Shown here: one piece after another, positions 29,462 through 39,136 of the stretch | Numbering within the stretch: the stretch's first letter is position 1 | Layout: the number at the start of each line of letters is the position of its first letter | NCBI GenBank assembly: GCA_030648955.1 | Contig: JAUSHB010000013.1 | Coordinates: 76,675-140,674 of the forward strand | Length of the DNA: 64,000 nt | DNA from: a bacterium | GTDB taxonomy: Bacteria; Patescibacteriota; Minisyncoccia; Phycocordibacterales; JAUSHB01 | Reading direction: 5' to 3' | The notes under the pieces: generated by a model | Seen by the model: only the letters and a program-made list of their open reading frames with translations | The model's database searches: none | What the model was told of the DNA's origin: nothing | Translations under genes and position numbers: made by a program

Positions 29462-29725
29462 TTACTTAAGACCAAGTTTTTTAGTGACAACATCGTAACG
29501 CTCCTTGCTCTTTCTTTTGAGGTATTTGAGTTGAGTGTGGCGATCCGCAACCATTTGGAGAAGACCTCTTCGTGAATGGATGTCTTTCGTGTGTTTCTTC
29601 AAATGTCCTGCAAGTTCGTTGATTCTCTTGGTGAGCAAAGCAACCTGAACCTCGGGAGACCCAGTATCCTTCCCGTGCACCTGGTGTTTATTGATAATAT
29701 TCTGTTTTTTCTTTGTAGTGAGCAT
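29462..29725 (-). CDS. rpsO: 30S ribosomal protein S15
   Basis: [13 protein letters not shown]...HSRRGLL. Confidence 0.98.
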   Translation of the reverse strand: MLTTKKKQNIINKHQVHGKDTGSPEVQVALLTKRINELAGHLKKHTKDIHSRRGLLQMVADRHTQLKYLKRKSKERYDVVTKKLGLK

Positions 29726-29809
29726 GAGGGGAATTTAATCACAAAACTCTATAATTTGCAAGAATAAGTTTTATTTTCCCTTCAGGAGGGATTTTGGGTA
29801 ATGGTAAAA

Positions 29810-30004
29810 TTAGTTGTTTTCTTCTGGTAAATTCTTCCCCTCGACAACATCAATTCCCCCATCGCGCAATTGTTTTTCAAGCTCAGTTGCAGAAGGAGGC
29901 ATACCTTCTTTTGAATCATCAACATCAACCACGATACCTCCTGCTTCCATGAGTTTGTGGGCATTAATTTTTTCGTCTTTATTTTTTTTATCTTTACTGT
30001 CCAT
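29810..30004 (-). CDS. Small hypothetical protein
   Basis: 64-aa ATG ORF co-oriented with rpsO; no recognisable motif. Confidence 0.45.
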   Translation of the reverse strand: MDSKDKKNKDEKINAHKLMEAGGIVVDVDDSKEGMPPSATELEKQLRDGGIDVVEGKNLPEENN

Positions 30005-30334
30005 GTTTTGTTTTAATAACTTTAATAGATGTTACGAATGTGCATATTATCAGCAGATTTCTTTTAAAATCTGAGTAAATATATGCTTTTAAGTATATCA
30101 TACGCCGATAAATTAACAACAAGGTGCACTGGGTCAGTATATTGTGCGACACAATAGTTGTAGTATAATTGGCGTGTGGAATCCCGTAGTGCCTGCCTGC
30201 CGGTAGGCAGGAAAAATGGCATTAGAGAGGAGGGGGATGATTTTTATAAGCGCGCGCTATGTCGAAATATAATTACTAAATAAAACAATGTGGCAAATTT
30301 GCTCCACGGGAGCGATGCCATTTTCTACTACAGG

Positions 30335-31249
30335 ATGGAACTTGAAAATCTAAAACGACAATTTCTCGAACATCTTGAAATTGAAAAAGGGAGAAGTCTC
30401 AAAACGGTTGAAAACTATGATCGATATCTTTCACGGTTTTTTTCTTACGCAAAAATTTCAAATGCCAATGAAATAACCGAAGATGGCATAAGAAATTATC
30501 GGTTGTGGCTCAATAGGCAATCTGCAGGAGATTCACACAAAGGGGAAACGCTTAAAAAAAGAACCCAGAATTATTACCTCATTGCATTGCGGGCATTTCT
30601 TAAGTATTTGTCTGCACGGGGAATACCATCTCTATCGGCAGAAAAGATAGAGCTTGCAAAGGTATCTGAACGCAGTCTCGATCTCATATCCTCCGAAGAG
30701 TTGGAAAGACTTCTCTCTGCCCCAGAGGGAGATTCCATAAAACCCTTGCGGGATAAGGCTATTTTGGAACTTTTGTTCTCGACAGGACTTCGGGTTTCCG
30801 AACTGTGTTCTCTTTCACGCGACGTGGACTTAAAAAAAGACGAGTTTTCGGTGCGTGGGAAGGGGGATAAAATAAGAGTCGTCTTTTTTTCAGCGAGCGC
30901 AAAAGATGCGGTCAAAAAATATCTTGAAAAACGAACTGACATGGATGATGCATTGTTTATCAACATTGGCAGAGTGAATAAAGAAAAGAAAAGTATCCGA
31001 TTGACTCCAAGGTCAGTAGAACGAATTGTGAAGTACTACGCCGTTAAAGCAGGGATTTCACGTACGGTAACACCGCACATTATTCGCCATTCATTCGCGA
31101 CCGATCTTCTTGAAAATGGCGCTGACCTTCGTTCTGTACAGGCGCTTTTAGGGCATGCAAATATAAATACAACACAGATATACACCCATGTCACTGACAA
31201 ACATTTACGTGAAATTCACAAGGCGTTTCACGGGAAACGCCGAAAATAG
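30335..31249 (+). CDS. xerC: Tyrosine recombinase XerC/XerD
   Basis: TGLRVSE, GKGDK, TPHIIRHSFATDLL, LLGH...TTQIYTH. Confidence 0.88.
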   Translation: MELENLKRQFLEHLEIEKGRSLKTVENYDRYLSRFFSYAKISNANEITEDGIRNYRLWLNRQSAGDSHKGETLKKRTQNYYLIALRAFLKYLSARGIPSLSAEKIELAKVSERSLDLISSEELERLLSAPEGDSIKPLRDKAILELLFSTGLRVSELCSLSRDVDLKKDEFSVRGKGDKIRVVFFSASAKDAVKKYLEKRTDMDDALFINIGRVNKEKKSIRLTPRSVERIVKYYAVKAGISRTVTPHIIRHSFATDLLENGADLRSVQALLGHANINTTQIYTHVTDKHLREIHKAFHGKRRK

Positions 31250-31308
31250 CCTTATAAAACAATCTATCTTCAATCCAAAGCCTCGCTTTGGATTCTTTGG
31301 ATTGAAGG

Positions 31309-32808
31309 CTATTTAACCCAGTGGCGCTTTCGGATTTCCTCTATTTCTTGTGCCTCTTTTTCATCCTTCTTTTCCTTTCCTTTTTCGCCTAGTTTTTTAA
31401 GTTCCACATCGGGAAGTTTTGCAAGTTCAAGAGTTCGTTTTTTGAGGTAATCTTCCGTGTTGAGCTTTGGATCATCAAGGACTTCTTCAAGAAGAGCATG
31501 AAGAATGAAACCTATTCTTGGTCCCGGTGTTTCATGTGTAACATCGATTATCTTTGCTCCATCAATTTTAAGCATTCCAACGGACGTTGGGGAGCGCATC
31601 GCTTCCTCTATCATTGATTCATACTTTCGTAACCTATAGGGGGTTTCTTTTGGTCTTCCCATCCCGATTCTGTCGCATGCTCTGACTTTCATAAGATCCC
31701 ACACATTTTCTGGGCCGACGTTTTTCACAATACGGCGTACTGCCGAAAGTGTTATTTTCTCAACATCCGAGAAAAATAGGTGATATCTGACCAATTTTGA
31801 TACGGTCTCAACGATTTCACTAGGGAATTTGAGTCTTTTAAGGATTTCACGTGAAACACGTCCACCAACCACATCATGGCCATAAAACGTCCAATCATCA
31901 TTCTCTTTGGACCAACGTCGTGTTTCTGGCTTTGATACGTCGTGTAACAATGCTGCAAGTTTCACGTGTAACGGCCACCCCCTATCTGCTGAATGCTGGA
32001 GGGCTCTTAAGTTGTGTTCCCAAACACTGTAGATATGGTCACCGTTCTGTTCCAGATCTATACCAGCTTCAAGTTCTGGAACCACATACTTCAGAATTCC
32101 AAGTTTTTGAGCCAAGATTATTCCGATCATAGGAGAGGGGGAGTTTATGATTTTTATGAACTCATCGCGTATTCTTTCTTTCGCAATTTCTTTAAGACCT
32201 GCGCTTTCTTTTTTAATTGCATCTGCGGTATCTTTGTTAATCGTGAAACCAAGTTCCACAGAAAGCCTTACAGCACGGAGTATTCTAAGTGCGTCTTCGG
32301 AAAACCTATCGTGAGGAACCCCAACGGTTTTTATTGTTTTGTCCTTGATATCATCTTGTCCTTTATACGGATCTATAATTTGTCCTTGAGAAATATCGTA
32401 CGCAATAGCGTTCACGGTGAAATCGCGGCGCTTCAGATCATCCTCAATTTTTTCAGTAAACGTGACTTGGTCGGGTCTTCTTTTGTCACTGTAGACACCT
32501 TCGATTCTATAGGGTGTTACCTCGACAATTTTTAATGTTTCATCGTCTGTATTTTCATTGACCACCCCTACGGTGCCGTAGTCATTTTCGTAGAATGTCT
32601 TGGGGAAGATGGCAGTGATTTGATCTGGTTTTGCATTAGTGGTCACATCCCAGTCTTTTGGTTTTTTGCCAGAGATAATGTCACGTACGCACCCACCGAC
32701 GAGATACGCCTCAAAACCGGCTTTTTGCAGTGTTTGGGTTACTTGTGAAACTTCTTGTGGGATGATGTATTTACTCCCGTTGTTTTTTGAGCCACTCGCT
32801 TTCATCAT
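31309..32808 (-). CDS. cca: CCA-adding tRNA nucleotidyltransferase with HD domain
   Basis: VGGCVRD..DWD, RRDFTVNA, EDALRILR, LLHDVSKP. The tRNA genes here lack encoded CCA. Confidence 0.9.
   Translation of the reverse strand: MMKASGSKNNGSKYIIPQEVSQVTQTLQKAGFEAYLVGGCVRDIISGKKPKDWDVTTNAKPDQITAIFPKTFYENDYGTVGVVNENTDDETLKIVEVTPYRIEGVYSDKRRPDQVTFTEKIEDDLKRRDFTVNAIAYDISQGQIIDPYKGQDDIKDKTIKTVGVPHDRFSEDALRILRAVRLSVELGFTINKDTADAIKKESAGLKEIAKERIRDEFIKIINSPSPMIGIILAQKLGILKYVVPELEAGIDLEQNGDHIYSVWEHNLRALQHSADRGWPLHVKLAALLHDVSKPETRRWSKENDDWTFYGHDVVGGRVSREILKRLKFPSEIVETVSKLVRYHLFFSDVEKITLSAVRRIVKNVGPENVWDLMKVRACDRIGMGRPKETPYRLRKYESMIEEAMRSPTSVGMLKIDGAKIIDVTHETPGPRIGFILHALLEEVLDDPKLNTEDYLKKRTLELAKLPDVELKKLGEKGKEKKDEKEAQEIEEIRKRHWVK
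31528..31973. promoter_or_regulatory. Three parS-like 16-mers inside cca
   Basis: TGTTTCATGTGTAACA (31528), GATTTCACGTGAAACA (31843), AGTTTCACGTGTAACG (31958), against consensus TGTTTCACGTGAAACA. Confidence 0.6.
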
Positions 32809-32893
32809 AAGCCTTATTTTATTCCACTTTTTGATTTTTTACTAATTTGAAGGTATAGTTGATACGCTCTAAGTTGTCACGTTAGTTTAAGGT

Positions 32894-32965
32894 GCCCCTG
32901 TAGTGAAATGGATATCACGCGACGCTTCGGACGTCGTATTGTAGGTTCGAGTCCTGCCGGGGGCA
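32894..32965 (+). tRNA. tRNA-Arg(UCG)
   Basis: Acceptor gcccctg/cgggggc; anticodon arm cgacg-ctTCGga-cgtcg; GTTCGA. Confidence 0.9.
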
Positions 32966-33065
32966 TAAGTAAATAGCGAATAAACCAAATAACTACCAAT
33001 GACACCATGCAGGGTTCTTTCTTGTTTTTGAAAACCGAACCATTGTGCTATACTGTTATTACAAC

Positions 33066-33758
33066 ATGAGGAATGATAAAAATAGGGCAATAGAGCTTAG
33101 AAGGTTTGGAAAAAGTTATAACCAAATCAACCAAGAATTACGCATACCAAAAAGCACTCTTTCTGAATGGTTTGGTGGCGCTGACTGGTCGAAAAAGATA
33201 AGGAAAGAACTTGATACAATGGCTAGGTATGACCATAAAATTCGTATCGAAAAACTTAACAATATTAGAGGTAATAACCTTAAAAAACTTTATGTGCAAG
33301 CCAAAGAAGAAGCTATCAGCGATTTTGAAAAACTGAAATATCACCCATTGTTTATTGCGGGGGTTATGTTGTATTGGGGGGAGGGTGACAAAGTGTCAAC
33401 GCATAGAGTTGCGCTCACAAACACAGATCCCAAAATGATCAAACTTTTTACTATTTTTCTCAAAGATCTTTGTAGAATAGACAAAAAACGAATCAAAATA
33501 TGGCTTCTTTTATACCCGGATCTTAAGGAAGAAGAGTGTAAAAAATACTGGAAAGAATATGCCGGGTTAGAAGGTTTCGCCTTTAATAAAAGCATTGTTA
33601 TCAAGGGAAAACATAAAACCAAAAGATTGCACCATGGTGTTTGTACTGTCGTTGTTTCCAGTAGATATTTGAAAGAAAAAATGATACTATGGCTTTCGTT
33701 ATTCCCCGATGTTGTTATTGGAAGGGAGTATTACCAAGCGGGTATGGTTCAATGGTAG
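33066..33758 (+). CDS. HTH + LAGLIDADG-like protein overlapping the 5' end of tRNA-Gly
   Basis: LRRFGKSYNQI...IPKSTLSEW (HTH); AGVMLYWGEGDK...LTNTDPKMIKLF. Confidence 0.75.
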   Translation: MRNDKNRAIELRRFGKSYNQINQELRIPKSTLSEWFGGADWSKKIRKELDTMARYDHKIRIEKLNNIRGNNLKKLYVQAKEEAISDFEKLKYHPLFIAGVMLYWGEGDKVSTHRVALTNTDPKMIKLFTIFLKDLCRIDKKRIKIWLLLYPDLKEEECKKYWKEYAGLEGFAFNKSIVIKGKHKTKRLHHGVCTVVVSSRYLKEKMILWLSLFPDVVIGREYYQAGMVQW

Positions 33759-33808
33759 AATAACTGGTTGCCAATCAGTTGATGGGAGTTCGATTCTCCC
33801 TACCCGCA
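33738..33808 (+). tRNA. tRNA-Gly(GCC)
   Basis: gcgggta/tacccgc stem; loop ttGCCaa; GTTCGATT. Confidence 0.93.
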
Positions 33809-33957
33809 CAAAATTTTTTTGCAAGGTGAAAAATATTTAATGTTGCATATTAAACTCTAAATAAAATTACACACCAAGTCATATTTTTATTACACACAGT
33901 TTTGTCTTATTGAGTCAATAAAAATTTTGTTAAAATAAGGGCACATTGAGTGAAATG

Positions 33958-33987
33958 TGTGGATAACTATGGGGATAGTGTGCATAA
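33958..33987. promoter_or_regulatory. Three tandem DnaA-box-like 9-mers in an AT-rich spacer
   Basis: TGTGGATAA, TGGGGATAG, TGTGCATAA. Confidence 0.45.
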
Positions 33988-34197
33988 AAGACAATGTCAA
34001 ATTTTATGAAAAATGTCCTATTTTTCAATTATCTAATAAAAAACATTTTTATTTTTACTAAAATACGCCTTAAAATAAAGGAATTATAGCTTGTTGGCGC
34101 GATAAGACGAGAAGAAACAAAAAATCATAAAGTTAAGTCGCCTATCAGCCAAAATAATTTTTTAAAGCAGGGGGCAAGCTGGCATAATAAACGCTTA

Positions 34198-34608
34198 TTG
34201 AGTCAAATGGTTTCACAAAATAACATTATCGGGACACTCGGGGAAAGTATTGCTTGTAGATTTCTGTCAAACAAGGGATTCTCCATTGTTAAAAAAAATT
34301 ACCGGAAAAAGTGGGGAGAAATTGATATTATTGCAAAAAAAGATAGTATCATTCATTTTGTTGAAGTAAAGTCTGTTTCTCGAGCCCATGGTTATGGAGG
34401 TATTAATAATGCGAACGATGAATTTATGCCTGAAGAAAATATCCATCCTGAAAAAATAAGAAGACTCTTGAGGACAATTAATTCATATATATCAGAAAAA
34501 CATTTACACAATAAAGACATAGAGTGGCAACTTGATGCCCTTGTTGTAGTGTTGGATCAAAATGAGAAAAAAGCTCATGTAAGGGTTGTTGAAAATATTA
34601 CGACATAG
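34198..34608 (+). CDS. yraN: YraN (UPF0102) PD-(D/E)xK nuclease-like protein
   Basis: GESIACRFL...NYRKKWGEIDII...FVEVK. Confidence 0.9.
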   Translation: MSQMVSQNNIIGTLGESIACRFLSNKGFSIVKKNYRKKWGEIDIIAKKDSIIHFVEVKSVSRAHGYGGINNANDEFMPEENIHPEKIRRLLRTINSYISEKHLHNKDIEWQLDALVVVLDQNEKKAHVRVVENITT

Positions 34609-34742
34609 TATCGTTTGATTAACCACATATACTTTGAGTTCATTGGTCCCCTGTGTTAATATCTTCTCTACGTTATCGCTTGGGTCAAAAGAGAGTTTAA
34701 CGCGGGGGTGTAGTATATATGATTTGGGATTAATTTCTATCT

Positions 34743-34813
34743 CGGGGCGTAGTATAGTGGTAGTATATATGCTTTGGGAGCATAGGGTCCGAGTTCGATT
34801 CTCGGCGCCCCGA
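34743..34813 (+). tRNA. tRNA-Pro(UGG)
   Basis: cggggcg/cgccccg stem; tatgc-ttTGGga-gcata; GTTCGATT. Confidence 0.92.
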
Positions 34814-34955
34814 GATAGAAATTAATCGAATTTTTTCTAACTTTTTTATGACCATAGAGATGTGCACAGGTAAAATTGATTGATATCCTATATATTTTGT
34901 ATAATGGAGTTTACACAACCTCTTGCGGTTGTTTCAGTGGATTGTACTAAATACA

Positions 34956-35336
34956 ATGATCGACCAAGATACTCAAAAAACGAACTTTAATAACGTGTGG
35001 TGCGAAAATGGAATAGTCTACTACACCATAAGCGCACCTGTTGACGAAAAGGAGGCAGTACGGCTTGATACAGTCGGAGAGGGATTTATCAATACAGGAG
35101 AAGCATCTTTTGTATTAATCAACATTGAAAAGTCGAAAGAATTTTCATCATCAGCGCGAAAGGCGTGGGTGAAGTTTTTACAAAATCCAAAAATCAAGAG
35201 AACCGCAATGTTTGGAGGAAATGTTTTTGTGCGCACTCTCGCATCGTTTGTGATTGCTGCTGCGGGAAAAGAAAACATCAAGTTTTTTGGAACCGAGCAA
35301 GAGGCGCTTGGGTGGCTTCACTCTACCAGTTCTTAA
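34956..35336 (+). CDS. STAS/SEC14 (SpoIIAA-like) domain protein
   Basis: SSSARK...AMFGGNVFVRTLASF...KFFGTEQEALGWL. Confidence 0.8.
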   Translation: MIDQDTQKTNFNNVWCENGIVYYTISAPVDEKEAVRLDTVGEGFINTGEASFVLINIEKSKEFSSSARKAWVKFLQNPKIKRTAMFGGNVFVRTLASFVIAAAGKENIKFFGTEQEALGWLHSTSS

Positions 35337-35415
35337 TGTTCCTAGTTTCAAATAGCTTTGCACATTTATTTGATGTACAATAATTAGTAATCTTAATAAT
35401 ATAATATTATCAACC

Positions 35416-35625
35416 ATGAAGAAGCTTACTTGTAGGGATATTGGAGTTGATTGTGATATAGAATTTCTTGGCGAGACCGAAGATGAAATTATGAAAAAGG
35501 CCGCGGAACACGCTTCATCTGCGCATAACCTTCCCTCAATTCCGCCACACATTGATGAAAAATGTAGAAAAGCGATTAGGGTTATTAATGTGATGGATCT
35601 GGGGGTTGGTGGCACCACTCAATGA
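35416..35625 (+). CDS. DUF1059 small metal-binding protein
   Basis: MKKLTCRDIGVDC...GETEDEIMKKAAEHASSAH. Confidence 0.88.
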   Translation: MKKLTCRDIGVDCDIEFLGETEDEIMKKAAEHASSAHNLPSIPPHIDEKCRKAIRVINVMDLGVGGTTQ

Positions 35626-35895
35626 GACGTTTTGTTGAGTGAACAAACGTGTTTTACAAAGTACTCAAAAATACATGCCCTGTGACGGTGAACAGGGTGA
35701 ATCTCGTATAGAGTAAAAAAGTTATGAATTACAGCTGTATTTTGAAAAACAAGAGAATTGATGAACAGGGGACTCAATGTGGTGTAAATAATCAACGAAA
35801 ACAATTGAGTACGATCCATTTGTCTGAAAAAAATATTATTAGATATATTAGGGGTGGAAGCGGTGTAATACGTACCGTTTCCGACCTCTAGCGAG

Positions 35896-37713
35896 ATGAA
35901 TAATCTCGAAACAGGAACACTCCTGTCTTTCATTGCCGAAGGACTCGTTTTATTTGATGGCAATGGTCAAGTGACTATGGTGAATCCTCACGCAAGTCTT
36001 TTGCTTGATTATACAGCTGACGAATTTGTGGGGAAAAACATTGATACATTATTTGAAGTTTATCTCGATGACTACTTGATTCCCGAGAGTGAACGCATTG
36101 CCAACGCCGTTTTTATTTTAGGTGAACCATTTAAGACACCGCGAGGGAAGACTGTATATTTTAAATCTAAAAGTGGGAAAAAATTTCCCGTGTTTATTTC
36201 CGCCAAAGCTATAAAAACAGAAGAAAAAACAAGCGGAGTACTTATTTTTCGCGATATTACCATAGAAAAAGAGCTTGAAAATTACAAGATAAATACAGCA
36301 AAAAGACTTTCTGAATTGACGCCAATTCTACAACAAGCCTCAACAGGAGAGTTTTTAGGAACAGGTGTTACCATTCCAGAAGTGGAAGATGAATTTACGG
36401 AATTGATTGTTGGGCTGAAGCTTATGCTCGATGACCTGGGTGCGCTCGATAGCGCGCGTGAAAAAAACCAACATGAAAAGATCGAAGTCGTTAAAAAGAC
36501 TGAAGAAGAACGTCGCAAGCTCACAGAATTATATTCAAAAGAACTTGAGGGGAAGGTTGAGCAAAAAACTGGAGAACTGAACCGCGCAAAAACACATATC
36601 GAGACTATTATAGAAAATCTTACGAGCGGTCTTATTGAGTATGATAGCTTGTTTACTATTGTGCGTATAAATAAAACTGCCGAAGATATGCTTGGTGTTT
36701 CAAGAAAAGATGTTTTAGGGAAGAGAATAGAGCCAAAAAATATACACGAGAGGCCTGAATGGAAATCACTCATCGAAGTTTCTTACCCAGCTCTTTCGCA
36801 GTCTGTGCGAAAGATAACTAAAGAAGTTTCTGGGGTTGATGCAGATGTAGCTGACCTCATGATCACATTTCCCCTCGAACGTGAAGTTCAAGTAACAACA
36901 CTTCCCATTGCGAGCGTTTTCTCTGGTGACTCCAAGGGTTTTATTAAAGCAATTCGTGATGTAACTCGCGAAAGGATAATAGGTCGCAGTAAAAGCGAAT
37001 TTATCTCTATTGCGGCTCATCAGCTACGTACACCACTTTCTGCCGTGAAATGGGCCATGCGTCTCCTTATGGACGGTGACCTTGGTGTTATGAACACATC
37101 GCAGTTGAAACTCCTTGCGCGGGGTTATGAAACAAACGAAAAAATGATCCGGTTGGTTAACGACCTTTTAAACATTTCTCGTATCGAGGACGGGAGATTT
37201 GGGTATCGATTTAATAAAGCAAATATTATCGAAACCATTGAGTCAATCGCGGCCAATTCGTCGATTAGTGCTCGTGAACATGGGATTAATGTTCATATTA
37301 ATCCACCACCCCAACCAATCCAGCTTTTTGTATTTGATCACGAAAAAATCTCTCTAGCATTTCAGAATTTAATCGATAATGCCATCAAATATACCCAAAA
37401 GGGCGGGGTAATAACTGTGGATATCATACAAGAAGATATGTTTGTAAAAATAAGTGTACATGACACCGGGGTTGGTATACCAAAAGGGCAGATCGGTCGC
37501 TTATTCACAAAGTTTTTCCGTGCGGATAATGTTATGCACATGCAAACATCGGGGTCGGGACTCGGATTGTTTATTGTGAAGAACATTATTGCTAGACATG
37601 GCGGGAAAATAAGCGTAGAATCTGATGAGAATAAGGGCTCTACCTTTTGGTTCACGCTTCCTCTTGACGAAAATCTTATACCGTCAAAAGACGAACGAGT
37701 GGCGTATTACTAA
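35896..37713 (+). CDS. Cytoplasmic PAS-PAS histidine kinase
   Basis: Two PAS domains; AHQLRTPL, NLIDNAIKY, DTGVG, GSGLGL. Confidence 0.93.
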   Translation: MNNLETGTLLSFIAEGLVLFDGNGQVTMVNPHASLLLDYTADEFVGKNIDTLFEVYLDDYLIPESERIANAVFILGEPFKTPRGKTVYFKSKSGKKFPVFISAKAIKTEEKTSGVLIFRDITIEKELENYKINTAKRLSELTPILQQASTGEFLGTGVTIPEVEDEFTELIVGLKLMLDDLGALDSAREKNQHEKIEVVKKTEEERRKLTELYSKELEGKVEQKTGELNRAKTHIETIIENLTSGLIEYDSLFTIVRINKTAEDMLGVSRKDVLGKRIEPKNIHERPEWKSLIEVSYPALSQSVRKITKEVSGVDADVADLMITFPLEREVQVTTLPIASVFSGDSKGFIKAIRDVTRERIIGRSKSEFISIAAHQLRTPLSAVKWAMRLLMDGDLGVMNTSQLKLLARGYETNEKMIRLVNDLLNISRIEDGRFGYRFNKANIIETIESIAANSSISAREHGINVHINPPPQPIQLFVFDHEKISLAFQNLIDNAIKYTQKGGVITVDIIQEDMFVKISVHDTGVGIPKGQIGRLFTKFFRADNVMHMQTSGSGLGLFIVKNIIARHGGKISVESDENKGSTFWFTLPLDENLIPSKDERVAYY

Positions 37714-37731
37714 AATATTTAGAAAAATAGT

Positions 37732-37844
37732 GAGCGACCTAAATTTCGCGAGTGAAACGAGCTAGAAATTGGGAGTGCCGAGAGGCCGACCTAAATTTCT
37801 TGCGAGTTGTGTGAGTGTAGAAATTGGAAGTATCCCTGTGGTGC
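37732..37844. repeat. Two tandem ~55-bp structured repeat units, same family as 39354-39458
   Basis: CGACCTAAATTTC...GAGT...GAG..TAGAAATTGGRAGT twice, then CCTGTGGTGC. Confidence 0.85.
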
Positions 37845-37957
37845 ACAGTAAATCATTTTTTTACCCAGTGCCATTTTTACAACTCAAGGTAACGTAACTA
37901 ATTAAGAATATTGCCGGGTGATGGTTTTGAATTCACTTGATTCATTAAAAATTAATC

Positions 37958-38824
37958 ATGGAAAAAAAGAAAATATTAGTTGTTGAAGATGATAGTGTGC
38001 TCCGAGATGTTTTGATTACAAAGCTCAATAAAACAGGATATATCGCATTGGGAGCAGAAGATGGGGAAGTGGCAATGGAGGTTATGAGAAAAGATAAGCC
38101 AGACCTCATATTACTTGATATTTTGATGCCTAAAAAAGATGGTATGCAGGTCATGGAAGAAATGAACCAAGATGAAAACCTCAAGAATATTCCAATTGTG
38201 GTCGTTTCAAATTCCGGACAACCTGTTGAAATAGAACGAGCGAAAAATTTAGGTGCCCGAGACTTTCTTATAAAGGCAGTTTTTGAACCTAACGAAGTGC
38301 TTGAAAAAGTAGATAATATATTGGGAAGACAAAATTTCTCACAAAACCAAGCCGACACAAGTGCGGCACATATACCAGAAACAACCACGGATACTTACAT
38401 GAATAATGTTACACAAGCCAGTACACCTGCTCCCGTGAATTTGAACAACACAAAGATTATGGTTGTTGAGGACGATAAGTTTCTTCGCGAGCTACTCGTC
38501 CGCAAACTTTATAGTGAAGGGTTTGTTGTCGAAAGTGCCATTGATGCTACGGGTGCATTTGAAATACTTACACGATTTATTCCAAGCCTAATACTTCTTG
38601 ACCTAATCCTTCCGGGAGTAGACGGTTTTGAGATTCTTTCAAGGATCAAGAAAGATAATGCACTTTCTGCAATCCCCGTAATCATTTTAAGTAATCTGGG
38701 ACAAAAAGAAGATATTGAACGCGCCATGTCTCTCGGGGCTATAGATTTCATGGTGAAAGCAAATTTTACTCTTGATGAGATTGCAAGTAAAGCTAAAAAA
38801 GTTGTAAACGGGGGGAGTAATTAG
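37958..38824 (+). CDS. Tandem receiver (REC-REC) response regulator
   Basis: Two VVEDD...LLD...IPxxxxSN...K domains; no output domain. Confidence 0.92.
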   Translation: MEKKKILVVEDDSVLRDVLITKLNKTGYIALGAEDGEVAMEVMRKDKPDLILLDILMPKKDGMQVMEEMNQDENLKNIPIVVVSNSGQPVEIERAKNLGARDFLIKAVFEPNEVLEKVDNILGRQNFSQNQADTSAAHIPETTTDTYMNNVTQASTPAPVNLNNTKIMVVEDDKFLRELLVRKLYSEGFVVESAIDATGAFEILTRFIPSLILLDLILPGVDGFEILSRIKKDNALSAIPVIILSNLGQKEDIERAMSLGAIDFMVKANFTLDEIASKAKKVVNGGSN

Positions 38825-39012
38825 ATCACGTTAATTTACCCACTTTGTTGTGGTACTTAGAGTTTTAACTAGGCATTAGGTGTTGAACGGGCACTAAGAA
38901 ATATTTTTTGAATTTACATGAGGAAAGATTTTAATTAAAAGTCCCGTGGGTGCGGGGGAGGGTTCATTGCAGCGGTCTTTATATTTTGGTAGTATAAATT
39001 TCGTTATAATCT

Positions 39013-39083
39013 GCGGGATTAGTTTAATGGTAGAATAGGAGTTTTCCAAACTCTTGACGGGAGTTCGATTCTCCCATCCCGCA
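39013..39083 (+). tRNA. tRNA-Gly(UCC)
   Basis: gcgggat/atcccgc stem; loop ttTCCaa; GTTCGATT. Confidence 0.93.
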
Positions 39084-39092
39084 CATTTTATA

Positions 39093-39124
39093 AAAAACTC
39101 CTCAATAATTATTGAGGAGTTTTT
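39093..39124. terminator. Palindromic terminator after tRNA-Gly
   Basis: aaaaactcctcaataa|ttattgaggagttttt. Confidence 0.7.
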
Positions 39125-39136
39125 ACTAAACTGTTT

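Noticed and set aside
30335-31249. Prophage or island integrase
   Set aside because: Looks like housekeeping Xer, and there are no phage genes or matching att pair around it.
32894-34813. Intron-containing or split tRNAs
   Set aside because: All three tRNAs fold as complete 71-72 nt cloverleaves, and no group I core was recognised.
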